A stretch of 36,403 nt of DNA from Rickettsiales bacterium (lineage in GTDB: Bacteria; Pseudomonadota; Alphaproteobacteria; Rickettsiales; UBA3002): assembly GCA_021300075.1 (NCBI GenBank), contig JAJTIB010000012.1, positions 1 through 36,403 on the forward strand, written 5' to 3'. The translations under genes and the position numbers were made by a program. A model generated the notes under the pieces. That model made no database searches and had not been told where the DNA came from. It saw nothing but the letters and a program-made list of their open reading frames with translations. Shown here one piece after another: positions 21,535 through 30,412 of the stretch. Within the stretch, counting starts at the first letter, position 1. Every line of letters begins with the position of its first letter.

Positions 21535-22962
21535 TTATTCGAAGTAGCCGTTAATCATGGCAAGCCCTCGGATGATCTGCGAGGCCGTGGCCGTTCCCAC
21601 TGGCATACGCAGAATGACGTGAACGAATGTTCCCGCCGCCACATACAGCGGCGCATCGAGGTTCACATCAATCGGCGCGACGTTTCCACCGATTGCCGTG
21701 CCGACGGGGATAGATTGCACCCCAAGCGGAATGCGGCGTGGTGCGCGTGTGCCTGCGGTGTTGGAATCCGCCGTTGCCAGTGACACCGCTGTTGAGCCCA
21801 CGCCCAACGCCCACTGCAAAACCGTGGGCGTAGTGGCAGAGGCTGCGCCCATATTGAAAGTTTCAATGCGAACGCCTCGGATCACCAGATTGCGGTTGCC
21901 GCCACCAGCTGCCGCTACTGGAACTTGGAAGGCAAACAGCGCATAGTCGGTTTCTGCACCCGCCACCGCCGCAAACTGAAACTGACCGCCCAGCGTGGTG
22001 TAGCCTGCCGCCGTATTGGAAAGCGTGGCCGATACGGGAGCCGTGTTGTTCACATAGTTGGCAGATTGCCCCACCGCTGCGCCGCGAGGGTTGTTATAGC
22101 TGCCGCACTCAATGCCAGCCATTGCCGTTGCCCAAAGGCGGTTCAAAGCCAAATCACGGGCAATCACCGATACGTCGGCAATCTCCATGCGCTGCGCCGA
22201 ACCCGTTGCGGCTGCATTGTAGCAACGCATCAAAAGCGGCTGCCAACGCGAGAGCGAAATTGCGGCGGCGGTATTCGGCGAAAGAATGACACCTTCCAGC
22301 ACGCCGTCGATGTAAAACTCAATGCGATCTTGGTCGATGACAATCCGATAGTAATAAACCTCGTTTGCCACAGGCGCAGGCATTGGCGCGGTGGTGGTTT
22401 CGGTGCCGTTGATATTCATCACGCCCACCAGCGAACCAGCGGTATTGAGCTTGAAGTACACCCCATCGGTCGGCGTAGCGGTCGTGGCGGCAAAACCAAG
22501 CCCGAACTCGCAGACATTATTGGCTATCGGGTTAATCGCAAAGCGCAGGCGGAACAGCACTTCCAAAGACCCAGCAGGATGCAGCGGGAAGGTTTTATAG
22601 GTCTGCGCCCGTGCCACCGCTGCGGAGGCCACCGAGTTACCCGCATTGAACACCATGAAGCCGCCCGACATGGCGATGGTTGCCGTCACGCTCACGAATT
22701 GGTACGCGCCACCATCCACCACCGTGTGATTGAACGTATCCGCCCAATAGATATTATCCACGCCCACGCGCAGCCTGCCGTCCGTGGAAACTTTAGCCGC
22801 ACGCACCAGGCGCGGCTCACCATTCGCGCCGTCGTGAGATTCGCCTGCGATGACGGAATAACCAGCCTCCGCCATTGCCATAGGCAAATTGATTTTCAGC
22901 CGCTTGTTTGCGTCCACTGATGCAAGATCGGCAGAATCGCCAGATTTTAGAATGATACTCAT
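21535..22962 (-). CDS. Distal tail / putative receptor-binding protein, family unknown
   Basis: 475 aa, last gene of the tail module. Beta-rich and Ala/Gly/Thr/Val-rich. The central segment (VYFKLNTAGSL...RIEFYIDGVLEG) resembles concanavalin/LamG-type jelly rolls. Confidence 0.45.
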   Translation of the reverse strand: MSIILKSGDSADLASVDANKRLKINLPMAMAEAGYSVIAGESHDGANGEPRLVRAAKVSTDGRLRVGVDNIYWADTFNHTVVDGGAYQFVSVTATIAMSGGFMVFNAGNSVASAAVARAQTYKTFPLHPAGSLEVLFRLRFAINPIANNVCEFGLGFAATTATPTDGVYFKLNTAGSLVGVMNINGTETTTAPMPAPVANEVYYYRIVIDQDRIEFYIDGVLEGVILSPNTAAAISLSRWQPLLMRCYNAAATGSAQRMEIADVSVIARDLALNRLWATAMAGIECGSYNNPRGAAVGQSANYVNNTAPVSATLSNTAAGYTTLGGQFQFAAVAGAETDYALFAFQVPVAAAGGGNRNLVIRGVRIETFNMGAASATTPTVLQWALGVGSTAVSLATADSNTAGTRAPRRIPLGVQSIPVGTAIGGNVAPIDVNLDAPLYVAAGTFVHVILRMPVGTATASQIIRGLAMINGYFE

Positions 22963-22965
22963 GGT

Positions 22966-23481
22966 TTAGACCCCCATAATGTTGATGTTAAAACGACCCC
23001 AGCTTCCCTGCGGCGCACGGGCGATTACGTCGAAGCCAACGCCCTCGTTAAGATTTGCCGCCACCGCCTGTATGCCTTCGAGTGCTGCGTCCTCTGCATC
23101 GTGATCGAGCGTTGCCACCCCAGCGGCCGTGCAAAGAATCACCGAGCTATCGGTTACCCAGGCAGCGGCGACGGTAACGCTTGCGAGATCAGCTTCCCCG
23201 CCGCTGGCATTGCCAAAATCCACCGTGACCTGTTCCATTTTGGGAATCAGTGCCAGCACCCCATCAAGCTGAGACTTGGTGTAATACCGCGCATCCCCAC
23301 GCGCATCGGTGTGATATTGCGGGTGGTCGTCGTTCTCTAACCCTGCCAGTGCGCCGTGATCGCTTGAACCGCTTCCACCCGTGCCAGGTGGTCCCTGTGT
23401 TCCCACCGTAACCACCTCGATTTTCTTTTCTTCCACCTTAACCAGCTGGATCACTTCATTGATGGTGATGATGTCGGTCAT
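22966..23481 (-). CDS. Tail fibre-associated protein with short collagen-like tract
   Basis: GPPGTGGSGSS tract followed by the LENDDHPQY motif common in phage fibre proteins. ATGA overlap with the upstream gene. Confidence 0.5.
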   Translation of the reverse strand: MTDIITINEVIQLVKVEEKKIEVVTVGTQGPPGTGGSGSSDHGALAGLENDDHPQYHTDARGDARYYTKSQLDGVLALIPKMEQVTVDFGNASGGEADLASVTVAAAWVTDSSVILCTAAGVATLDHDAEDAALEGIQAVAANLNEGVGFDVIARAPQGSWGRFNINIMGV

Positions 23482-23837
23482 CGCGTTACCTCGGGGCTAA
23501 TAATGACAATTCCTTCCAGCAGGCGCGTCACGGTGACGGTATCCGCTGCGACGATCTCCAAATCGTAAACCCCACCCGTTGCGGTGATGGCAGACGTGGC
23601 GGCGGCGGTGGCCAGAATGTTAATCGTGCCAGCTGCGCCACCCAGCGTGATGCCGCCGTTTTCAGTGGTCAGGGTGAGAAATGGTGTGGAAGATTCCACG
23701 GTTTCGCGCATGTGCATCCGTGCGGTGAAACTGGTCAGATCAATCGGCGTGCCGCTTTCATCTTTCCAAGTAATTTGCTCGGAAAACGTCGCGCCGCGAT
23801 AAACATAGAGATTATGTTTTGCTGGATGTGTGGTCAT
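23478..23837 (-). CDS. Small beta-rich tail/baseplate accessory protein
   Basis: 119 aa with an Ig-like-looking beta pattern, located in the tail module. No family recognised. Confidence 0.4.
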   Translation of the reverse strand: MTTHPAKHNLYVYRGATFSEQITWKDESGTPIDLTSFTARMHMRETVESSTPFLTLTTENGGITLGGAAGTINILATAAATSAITATGGVYDLEIVAADTVTVTRLLEGIVIISPEVTR

Positions 23838-23847
23838 AAATGAATCC

Positions 23848-24786
23848 TTATGCGCTCAAGTTGGCGTACCATTTGGTTGCGGTTGCCGCCCAAAACATGG
23901 CGTTTTTGCCAGCGGCGAGTGAGAATGCAGCATTGGCTGCTAGGGCGTTAATGCTATGGCCACTTGCGGGGTACACCGCTAGGGCGTTCGCCCCAGCGTT
24001 CGCTACACAAATGAACTCGCCTTGCTCGGGTGATGGCAGGATGCCGCCCGTGCCAGCCGCCACCGTGGTGAACTCGTTCGTTTGCTTGGTGATCGCCGTT
24101 GCCGTGCCTTGCGTCGTGCCTGCACCGCTTAACCCTGCGGCGTTGGATTTCAGAGCCACACGGCCATTTGCCGCCAGCATTTTCAGCGCATCAAAGAAGG
24201 TCGAACCATCCGCCGACACTTTGAGAGTAAAGTTATCATCCCCCAGCAGGCCGAACTCGGCACGCCCCGAAAAACCTGTTTGGAAAAGGAAGCTGGCTTT
24301 GTTGCCTATGGCATTCTTGTTGATCTTCACCTGCATGTCCGTGCCGATGTGATTGAACAGGATTGCCGCGCTCGCCACCGCGAACTTGTTGGTGCTATCC
24401 GCGGAAGTATTCACGCCAAGCATGGTGAGATTCTGAAACGATGTGGTGTTTACCGTCAGCACCCATGCCGCACCATCGTAAGTGTAAAGCGTGTTTACAT
24501 CATTCGCCCATACCGTCAGCCCTTCCCACGGGGCAATGAAGTTCCAGGCGGTAGTGTAAAACGCGAGGGCTTTGGCTTGCCCAGCCCATGCGCCCGTGGG
24601 TGCGCTGCCTACGATGTAGCTATCCCCCGCGACGGGCGAGCCTGGAGGCGTATTCACCCCCACGCTCACCATTGCGGCCTGCAACAGCGCGTCGATCAGG
24701 TCGAGTGATGCGTTATGCGTCACTTCCTTTTGCGACTGTGATTGCAGAATATAGGGCAGCTTCACCCGATTAGTGGTGTTTGGCAT
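23848..24786 (-). CDS. Tail fibre protein, DUF2793-like
   Basis: The N-terminus MPNTTNRVKLPYILQSQSQKEVTHNASLDLIDAL and the PPGSPVAGDSYIVG...WAGQ...A...W.F..P.EG segment match my recollection of DUF2793 proteins found next to GTA-type host-specificity genes. I chose the start at the internal Met (24786). Confidence 0.55.
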   Translation of the reverse strand: MPNTTNRVKLPYILQSQSQKEVTHNASLDLIDALLQAAMVSVGVNTPPGSPVAGDSYIVGSAPTGAWAGQAKALAFYTTAWNFIAPWEGLTVWANDVNTLYTYDGAAWVLTVNTTSFQNLTMLGVNTSADSTNKFAVASAAILFNHIGTDMQVKINKNAIGNKASFLFQTGFSGRAEFGLLGDDNFTLKVSADGSTFFDALKMLAANGRVALKSNAAGLSGAGTTQGTATAITKQTNEFTTVAAGTGGILPSPEQGEFICVANAGANALAVYPASGHSINALAANAAFSLAAGKNAMFWAATATKWYANLSA

Positions 24787-24808
24787 AAGACTATCCGTTG
24801 TTTGAAGG

Positions 24809-27800
24809 TTAGATCGTTGCGATTCCCGCGTATCCACGCCCGACGGCGGCGGAAAGCTGGTACACATTCACCAGCACGCTGCTTTGTGCCGATCCGAAAT
24901 CGGTCACTTGCTGCGCGGCGGTGTAGATGGTCGTGGGCGTTGTCAGACCGATGATGGTGCGTTTCAGCGTCACCCCCTGCATGATTTCCACCTCGTAGCG
25001 TTCGGCTTCCTCGGAAAGCGGAATATCCACCGCGTCCCGCCAATCCCCGCCGATGCGCGTGCGCCGCTTCCAGTTGATGGTGAGGTCACCACCCACATTT
25101 CGGCTGCCCTCGATATGCACGGGGGAATAAGGTTTCAGAGCCTTTGCCGCATAGGTGAAATCCTGCGCGGTGGTTGCCCCAAGCGTGGAACCAACGGTCA
25201 CTGGCTTGAACTTCTTGGCGATACCCCAGCCAGAGGATGCCATCAGTTCCCGCGCAAGGGCGTTTGTCAGCATGATGAAGCGTTCACCCGCTATGTGACT
25301 ACCTACAGCCCATTCCGTACCCAGCCGCCCCCGCAAAAGCCCAGACAAACGATATTTGTTTGTGTCGAGCAGTGTCGCGGTTTGGAACTGGATGACTTCA
25401 TCGCCGATGACGCACACATTCGCGCCATTCAGCACAGCAATATCGGTCACGCTCTGCAGCTGGCCGAAGGTTAAAAGCACATCAATGGTCGTGCTGTTAT
25501 CCCAAGTGTACACCGTCCCCGCAGGGATGATATTCAGCACCGCGCCGATGGTGGCTTGCGCCGTGAGTGTTTGCATCAGGGCATAGTTTGCACCGCCATC
25601 ATCCGAGCGATAGACCGCCGAACCCGTCCAGTCCCCACCCAAGCCCACCACGCCATAGCGCAAATAGGCATCCGTCACCGCATCCGTGGGGAATGCTGGC
25701 AGGTCGAGCAGTTCCAGCCGCGTGGCGGAAATACTCGTCGGCGGCTGAATGTTGGGCGTACCAGTGCCTGCGGGATTATAGAAATCATAGGATGACACAT
25801 CTTCGGCCACCGCCGTGAGTTCCTGCATCCCATTTCGCACCAGTTTAGTGGAATTGATCCGCATGACATACGACGCGCCATCCTTCGTGATGGTAATCAC
25901 GTCGGTCGGTTCAAGCAGCGCATATTTCGGCGGCACGGTGAACTGGTACTGCACGCGGCCGACCCACACATTGTAGAGCGTCACATCCGCCACCACCTTG
26001 GCTTCCTGATCTGAAAGCACAATCGGCAAGTTTACCGTGGCATAATCCACCGCTTTGACGGTTTGCCGCTGCGAGGATTGCGTGCCAGCCTGATAATCCG
26101 CCGTGCGGTTTAAGTAGATGACATCCACCTGGCGCGGCAATTCCAGTTCCTGCGTGCGGGTGATGGTGAAGGTATCAATCGCATCATCACGCGGCACCAG
26201 TTCCGAGAAATCCAGCGTGGTGTTGGAAACTTTGCCCCGCTTGATGAACTTTAGCAGCCCGTCCGATTCCACCATGTCGAAGAAATAAGCCGAGGCCAAT
26301 TGCTCCAAACACGCACGCACCGTTTGCCTGTTGCTCACGATAAAGCCCGACACAATATCCGTCAGACGGCTGGTGTCATACATGGTGTTGTCGTAACCCA
26401 CCTTTTTCAGCAGGTCGGCGACGATCTGCCCAAGGCTCGAAAGCCCCAGCTTGCCTTGCACCCAATGGCCTGTTTTCCAGTTGCTCCCATCCGCCCATAC
26501 CGAGCCGAGGTCAGGGAAAAACGGAAACGGCCGTGCATCCCATGTCCACACGAACTTGCGCGGAATGAAATTGGCTTCCAGCGCATTTTCAGCGTTGAGA
26601 TAGTCAATCGAAGCATCGAGCGCGGTGCGCTGCGCCAGAAAATCCACCCGCGAGCGCGAACCCCGAGGATAGAAACTTTCTACCGAGTCAGGGTCAACGA
26701 ACACGTTGGGCTGGTTGGCGCATCCATCCACCGAAGGAAAGCCAATCTCCGAAAACCACACGGGTTTCATCTTGGCCGTCCACGCCGTGCCGCTGGCATC
26801 AGGATTCGTGTGGGTGCTATTCCACCAGTGTTTTATGTTCTTCCAGGCATAGGTTGCGCCTGAATAGAAGGTTTTGGTGGTGCGTGTGCCGTCCCAATAA
26901 TAATCCCATCCTTCGTCCTGCGTCCAACCGTCATAAACTGCCTGATAGTCAATTTGTGACTGCGGCAAATCGGGCGTAAGTGGGAAGTAGCAATCAACCG
27001 CCACCACGTCGATATTGCTATCGCTCCATAGCGGATCAAGGTGATACCAGCCGTTTACGGAATGATACTCGCTCCAATCCCCACCATAAGCCACTTTTAC
27101 ACCTGCGCCGACGGCGGTTTTCACCGTGGCGGCAAGGCTTTTCAGCTGCGTCACCACTGGGAACACGCCCGCGCTGCTCATATAGGTGGTGAGTCCCACC
27201 AATTCCGAGCCGATCATGAAAGCGTCGATATTATTCTTCAGAAGCACGCCGCCCACGTTCAGGTTGGCATAGTGCGTGATGAAAGCATTATAGCCATTGG
27301 TGCGGGTGAAGAAGTTGGCCGCATCGGTGGCATTGGTCGGTGTAATCCTGCCGCGCCACGGTTTTGGTTGTGGCGTGATGGTGTCCACTTGCACCATCGG
27401 ATAAAACAGCACCTTGTAGCCACGCGCCTTTAATTCCTGGCACAAGCGAATGATGCTTTTATCCGTGGGCGTGCCGCCGTAAGTGGGCGAACCATCGGGA
27501 AAAGTTAAAATCACATGCGCGTTGTTGCGGTTAAATCCTGCTACCGCCCAATCATCGGGCGCAACCCGTGCGCCTTGGCTGTTAAACTCCGCCGCTGGCT
27601 TGATAATGCTCACCGCAGGATCTGCGGAATCCGAAAACCAGTTCACCACCACCGACACCCATTCCACATTGGGCAGATTGGCTTTCAGGTTATCGAGTGC
27701 CACCAGCACATCGGCTTTATTATTCAGGTTGTTCAGGTTCATTTTGGTGACTTTGCCACCTTGCACGAAATTGCCTGATACATCCTGCTGGCCGCTGGTT

Positions 27801-28528
27801 TTTTCCTGCACCACCGTGTCGTACACATTTTCACCCGCACCTGGGATGATGGTGATGTCCTTAATTTTATCCTCAAGGTCGAAGGGCTTTTTCAGCGTGC
27901 GGCGCACCTCGAAGGTAAAGTTCGGAATGCGGTTTCCGAAATCCCCCAGCGGAAAATCCTTAATCACCACATAGGCCATGCCGCGATAAGCTGGCGTTTG
28001 CCCTGCGGGATAGAAGGACGACATAAACGTGTCAGGCAGCTGTGTTTCATCACCGAGATAGAGCGAATAGCTGCCAGCCGTCAGGTCAAGCTGCTTTGCA
28101 TCCGCCCATACGCGCACCACTTCGCTAATCGCGCCTTCACAAATCGCCACCGCAAGGCTTGCCGTGTAGGTGTAGGTCGTGGTGGTGGTTTCCACGCTTC
28201 CGCCACCGCCGCCACCTTTACCACCGCCCGAGGATTGCGTTGTCGTGGTCACATGCTCTTGAATCGGGCGCGACCAGATCACGTTTCCCGCAATTCGGGC
28301 GTTGCCATAAACCACGGGTATCGACTTGCCATAGGTGGAAGCCTGCACCATCAAATCGGTCAGGCGCGAACCTTCTTGATTGATGCGTGCCTTGCTGCCG
28401 AAAATAGAACGGTCAATAAACCCGCCCAAATATCCGCCCACACCACCCGCCAACGCTGCGGCAAATGCACCCGCGCCGATGGATGAGGCCGCAGAACTCG
28501 CGGCGGCTGCTAGAACGATGGCTGCCAT
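24809..28528 (-). CDS. Host-specificity / baseplate multidomain protein (RcGTA g15-like)
   Basis: 1239 aa. Gly/Ala-rich hydrophobic N-terminus and a poly-Gly tract. Its position after the NlpC/P60 and g13-like genes is typical of GTA-like tails. Confidence 0.75.
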   Translation of the reverse strand: MAAIVLAAAASSAASSIGAGAFAAALAGGVGGYLGGFIDRSIFGSKARINQEGSRLTDLMVQASTYGKSIPVVYGNARIAGNVIWSRPIQEHVTTTTQSSGGGKGGGGGGSVETTTTTYTYTASLAVAICEGAISEVVRVWADAKQLDLTAGSYSLYLGDETQLPDTFMSSFYPAGQTPAYRGMAYVVIKDFPLGDFGNRIPNFTFEVRRTLKKPFDLEDKIKDITIIPGAGENVYDTVVQEKTSGQQDVSGNFVQGGKVTKMNLNNLNNKADVLVALDNLKANLPNVEWVSVVVNWFSDSADPAVSIIKPAAEFNSQGARVAPDDWAVAGFNRNNAHVILTFPDGSPTYGGTPTDKSIIRLCQELKARGYKVLFYPMVQVDTITPQPKPWRGRITPTNATDAANFFTRTNGYNAFITHYANLNVGGVLLKNNIDAFMIGSELVGLTTYMSSAGVFPVVTQLKSLAATVKTAVGAGVKVAYGGDWSEYHSVNGWYHLDPLWSDSNIDVVAVDCYFPLTPDLPQSQIDYQAVYDGWTQDEGWDYYWDGTRTTKTFYSGATYAWKNIKHWWNSTHTNPDASGTAWTAKMKPVWFSEIGFPSVDGCANQPNVFVDPDSVESFYPRGSRSRVDFLAQRTALDASIDYLNAENALEANFIPRKFVWTWDARPFPFFPDLGSVWADGSNWKTGHWVQGKLGLSSLGQIVADLLKKVGYDNTMYDTSRLTDIVSGFIVSNRQTVRACLEQLASAYFFDMVESDGLLKFIKRGKVSNTTLDFSELVPRDDAIDTFTITRTQELELPRQVDVIYLNRTADYQAGTQSSQRQTVKAVDYATVNLPIVLSDQEAKVVADVTLYNVWVGRVQYQFTVPPKYALLEPTDVITITKDGASYVMRINSTKLVRNGMQELTAVAEDVSSYDFYNPAGTGTPNIQPPTSISATRLELLDLPAFPTDAVTDAYLRYGVVGLGGDWTGSAVYRSDDGGANYALMQTLTAQATIGAVLNIIPAGTVYTWDNSTTIDVLLTFGQLQSVTDIAVLNGANVCVIGDEVIQFQTATLLDTNKYRLSGLLRGRLGTEWAVGSHIAGERFIMLTNALARELMASSGWGIAKKFKPVTVGSTLGATTAQDFTYAAKALKPYSPVHIEGSRNVGGDLTINWKRRTRIGGDWRDAVDIPLSEEAERYEVEIMQGVTLKRTIIGLTTPTTIYTAAQQVTDFGSAQSSVLVNVYQLSAAVGRGYAGIATI

Positions 28529-28956
28529 CTGAATACCTTCACAAGTCGTTGTTTCCAGTCATCATCGAGGCGGTGTTCCACCACCCGACGGGCTGGCGCG
28601 TAGGAATGAACCATCCCCAGCGTGTTTTCATAATCGGTGAGAAATGCCATGTGCTGCGGGTTCTCGCGCACCTTGAACAAAGCCAGATCACCCGCCTGCG
28701 CCTCGGCTATCGGCACTTCATCCAGCAACGCCGTGAGCTTTTCGGTGAGATACGCGCCGTCTGGCTCTTTGGAATAGGTCACTTCGTCATAGCCAGAAAG
28801 CGGCTGGCCGTGCTTATCCTTCAAGCCCAGCTCATCCACCACACCGACAATCAGGCCGAGGCAATCACAGCCTTTGCCTTTAAGTCGCGCCTGGTGGTGA
28901 AACGGTGTGCCGATCCATGTTCGGGCTTGGGTAACAATGGTTTGTGCTTGGGTCAT
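28510..28956 (-). CDS. NlpC/P60 (C40) cell-wall peptidase (RcGTA g14-like)
   Basis: 148 aa. Catalytic Cys context GKGCDCLGLIVGV with downstream His residues. Conserved position in the module. Confidence 0.75.
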   Translation of the reverse strand: MTQAQTIVTQARTWIGTPFHHQARLKGKGCDCLGLIVGVVDELGLKDKHGQPLSGYDEVTYSKEPDGAYLTEKLTALLDEVPIAEAQAGDLALFKVRENPQHMAFLTDYENTLGMVHSYAPARRVVEHRLDDDWKQRLVKVFRWQPSF

Positions 28957-29813
28957 ACGCGCTGCAAATCGTTGGCCGTGGCTGCGGTGGCGAGCATCTT
29001 GTCCATGCCTGGGACGTAAGGCTCGCCGCGAAAATTCACGGCATTGTTAAACTTGGCGATGCAGGTGCTTATGGTTTTGTCGCAGCCTGCTATCGCGTTG
29101 AAGGTGTCGCCCACCGTCACATTGTTGGGCATAGGCAACACGAGGGTGAACTGCTTGTTCGAGAACTCTTTGATTTCCATGCGACGACCAGCGTTTGCAC
29201 CCGTCAGCCACACCACTTCGCCGCCCGAGAAATACCCAGCCGCCTGAGTCATGGAATTGCTGATAAACACCTGCCTGCTACTGACAGTATTGACACTCCC
29301 GCCCACCGTGTAGCTGGCAAGGTTGGCTTTGCAGCGTCCATCACCGAAGATGGCGCGGCATGTGGGGCTGTAAAGTTCCACGATGTTCTGGCTCAGTTTC
29401 TGCGCCAGCCCGCGCACCTCGGCGACAAATTGCCCGTTCTTGAGTGTCACTTCCCCAAGCCAGCCGCGTCGATGCGTGATGATGCCCTGCGAAAGGTCGG
29501 TGACATTCACCATGAAGATTTCAATCTCGGCGAAGTCGTATTTCCCCGCCATGATGTCGGCTTCGGTGATTGCCGCCGCGTCAAGGATTCCCGCCACATC
29601 GAGGTTATCAACGCTGAATTTGTCTTTGGTTTCCACGCTCGTGGGGGAAAAGCCCGTCGCGGCTTTGTAAAGCTGGCTGCTCAACGTGAGATCGGAGGTG
29701 TGATCCGTGAAGCCCATCACCGTGCCACCCACCAGCGTGAGTTTCCAGCACACGGCAAGGCTGGTGACTTCACCCGCCAGATGCGCGGCCATATTGCTTG
29801 AAGCGGTTCTCAT
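28953..29813 (-). CDS. Baseplate hub protein (DUF2163/BR0599-like, RcGTA g13-like)
   Basis: The start at MRTASSNMAAHL abuts the upstream stop. The motif GDGRCKANL...C.K....C..KFNN..NFRGEP near the C-terminus is typical of this family. Confidence 0.65.
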   Translation of the reverse strand: MRTASSNMAAHLAGEVTSLAVCWKLTLVGGTVMGFTDHTSDLTLSSQLYKAATGFSPTSVETKDKFSVDNLDVAGILDAAAITEADIMAGKYDFAEIEIFMVNVTDLSQGIITHRRGWLGEVTLKNGQFVAEVRGLAQKLSQNIVELYSPTCRAIFGDGRCKANLASYTVGGSVNTVSSRQVFISNSMTQAAGYFSGGEVVWLTGANAGRRMEIKEFSNKQFTLVLPMPNNVTVGDTFNAIAGCDKTISTCIAKFNNAVNFRGEPYVPGMDKMLATAATANDLQRV

Positions 29814-30412
29814 AAGCGTATCTCCACAATCGGGATTGAATCCCATACAAAAAAGCCTGGTCCGTCGGCACGCACGGCAAGCGTGTCAGTGTCGAAGCGC
29901 ACAGGCACATCAAAGTCGAAATCACTGCTCACAATCACACCCGCACCAGGCGCGGCGGAAAACGTCACCACGCCTGTGGTGTGATCCACCGAGTAGCCCG
30001 AGCCTTGCAGCACGCTGTTGAGGTAGATTTTCACTGTGCCTGACACGGGCTTCTTGATTTCCCGCACATAGCTGTTGCCGCCGCTGGTATAGGTTTTGTT
30101 CAGCTGAAAGGTAGTCAGCGAACCGTTGCCAGTGCCAAGCGTTTGCCCCACCGCCTGATAATCGCTCCAATCCTTGAAGCGGAAACCATAGGCTTTGCCA
30201 TACCGCGCACGGAAGAAGGCTTGCAGCGCATCCATGTCGGCTTTGCTTTTCAAGCCCGTCGAGACATCCCAGCGGCCACGCGCCTTTTGCCAATTCACAT
30301 TGCGCTGCTCGAATCCTGAAAAGGTGGTGGTGATACTGGTGTTGAACTCCGCCCCGCCGCTTGCGCCATAAGCGATTTTCGGCGGGAATTGCACTTCATG
30401 AAATGTTGGCAT
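29810..30412 (-). CDS. Distal tail protein (DUF2460/TIGR02217-like, RcGTA g12-like)
   Basis: The N-terminus MPTFHEVQFPPKIAYGASGG is characteristic of this family. TAATG overlap with the tape-measure stop. Confidence 0.7.
   Translation of the reverse strand: MPTFHEVQFPPKIAYGASGGAEFNTSITTTFSGFEQRNVNWQKARGRWDVSTGLKSKADMDALQAFFRARYGKAYGFRFKDWSDYQAVGQTLGTGNGSLTTFQLNKTYTSGGNSYVREIKKPVSGTVKIYLNSVLQGSGYSVDHTTGVVTFSAAPGAGVIVSSDFDFDVPVRFDTDTLAVRADGPGFFVWDSIPIVEIRL

Noticed and set aside
21925-22920. 331-aa plus-strand ORF
   Set aside because: It lies entirely antisense to the 475-aa tail gene. Its Arg/His/Cys/Gly-rich composition is typical of the antisense frame of a GC-rich gene. It has no RBS or motifs.
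28944-29801. 285-aa plus-strand ORF
   Set aside because: It is antisense to the well-supported g13-like hub gene. It has an Arg/His/Gly-rich composition and no recognisable domain.
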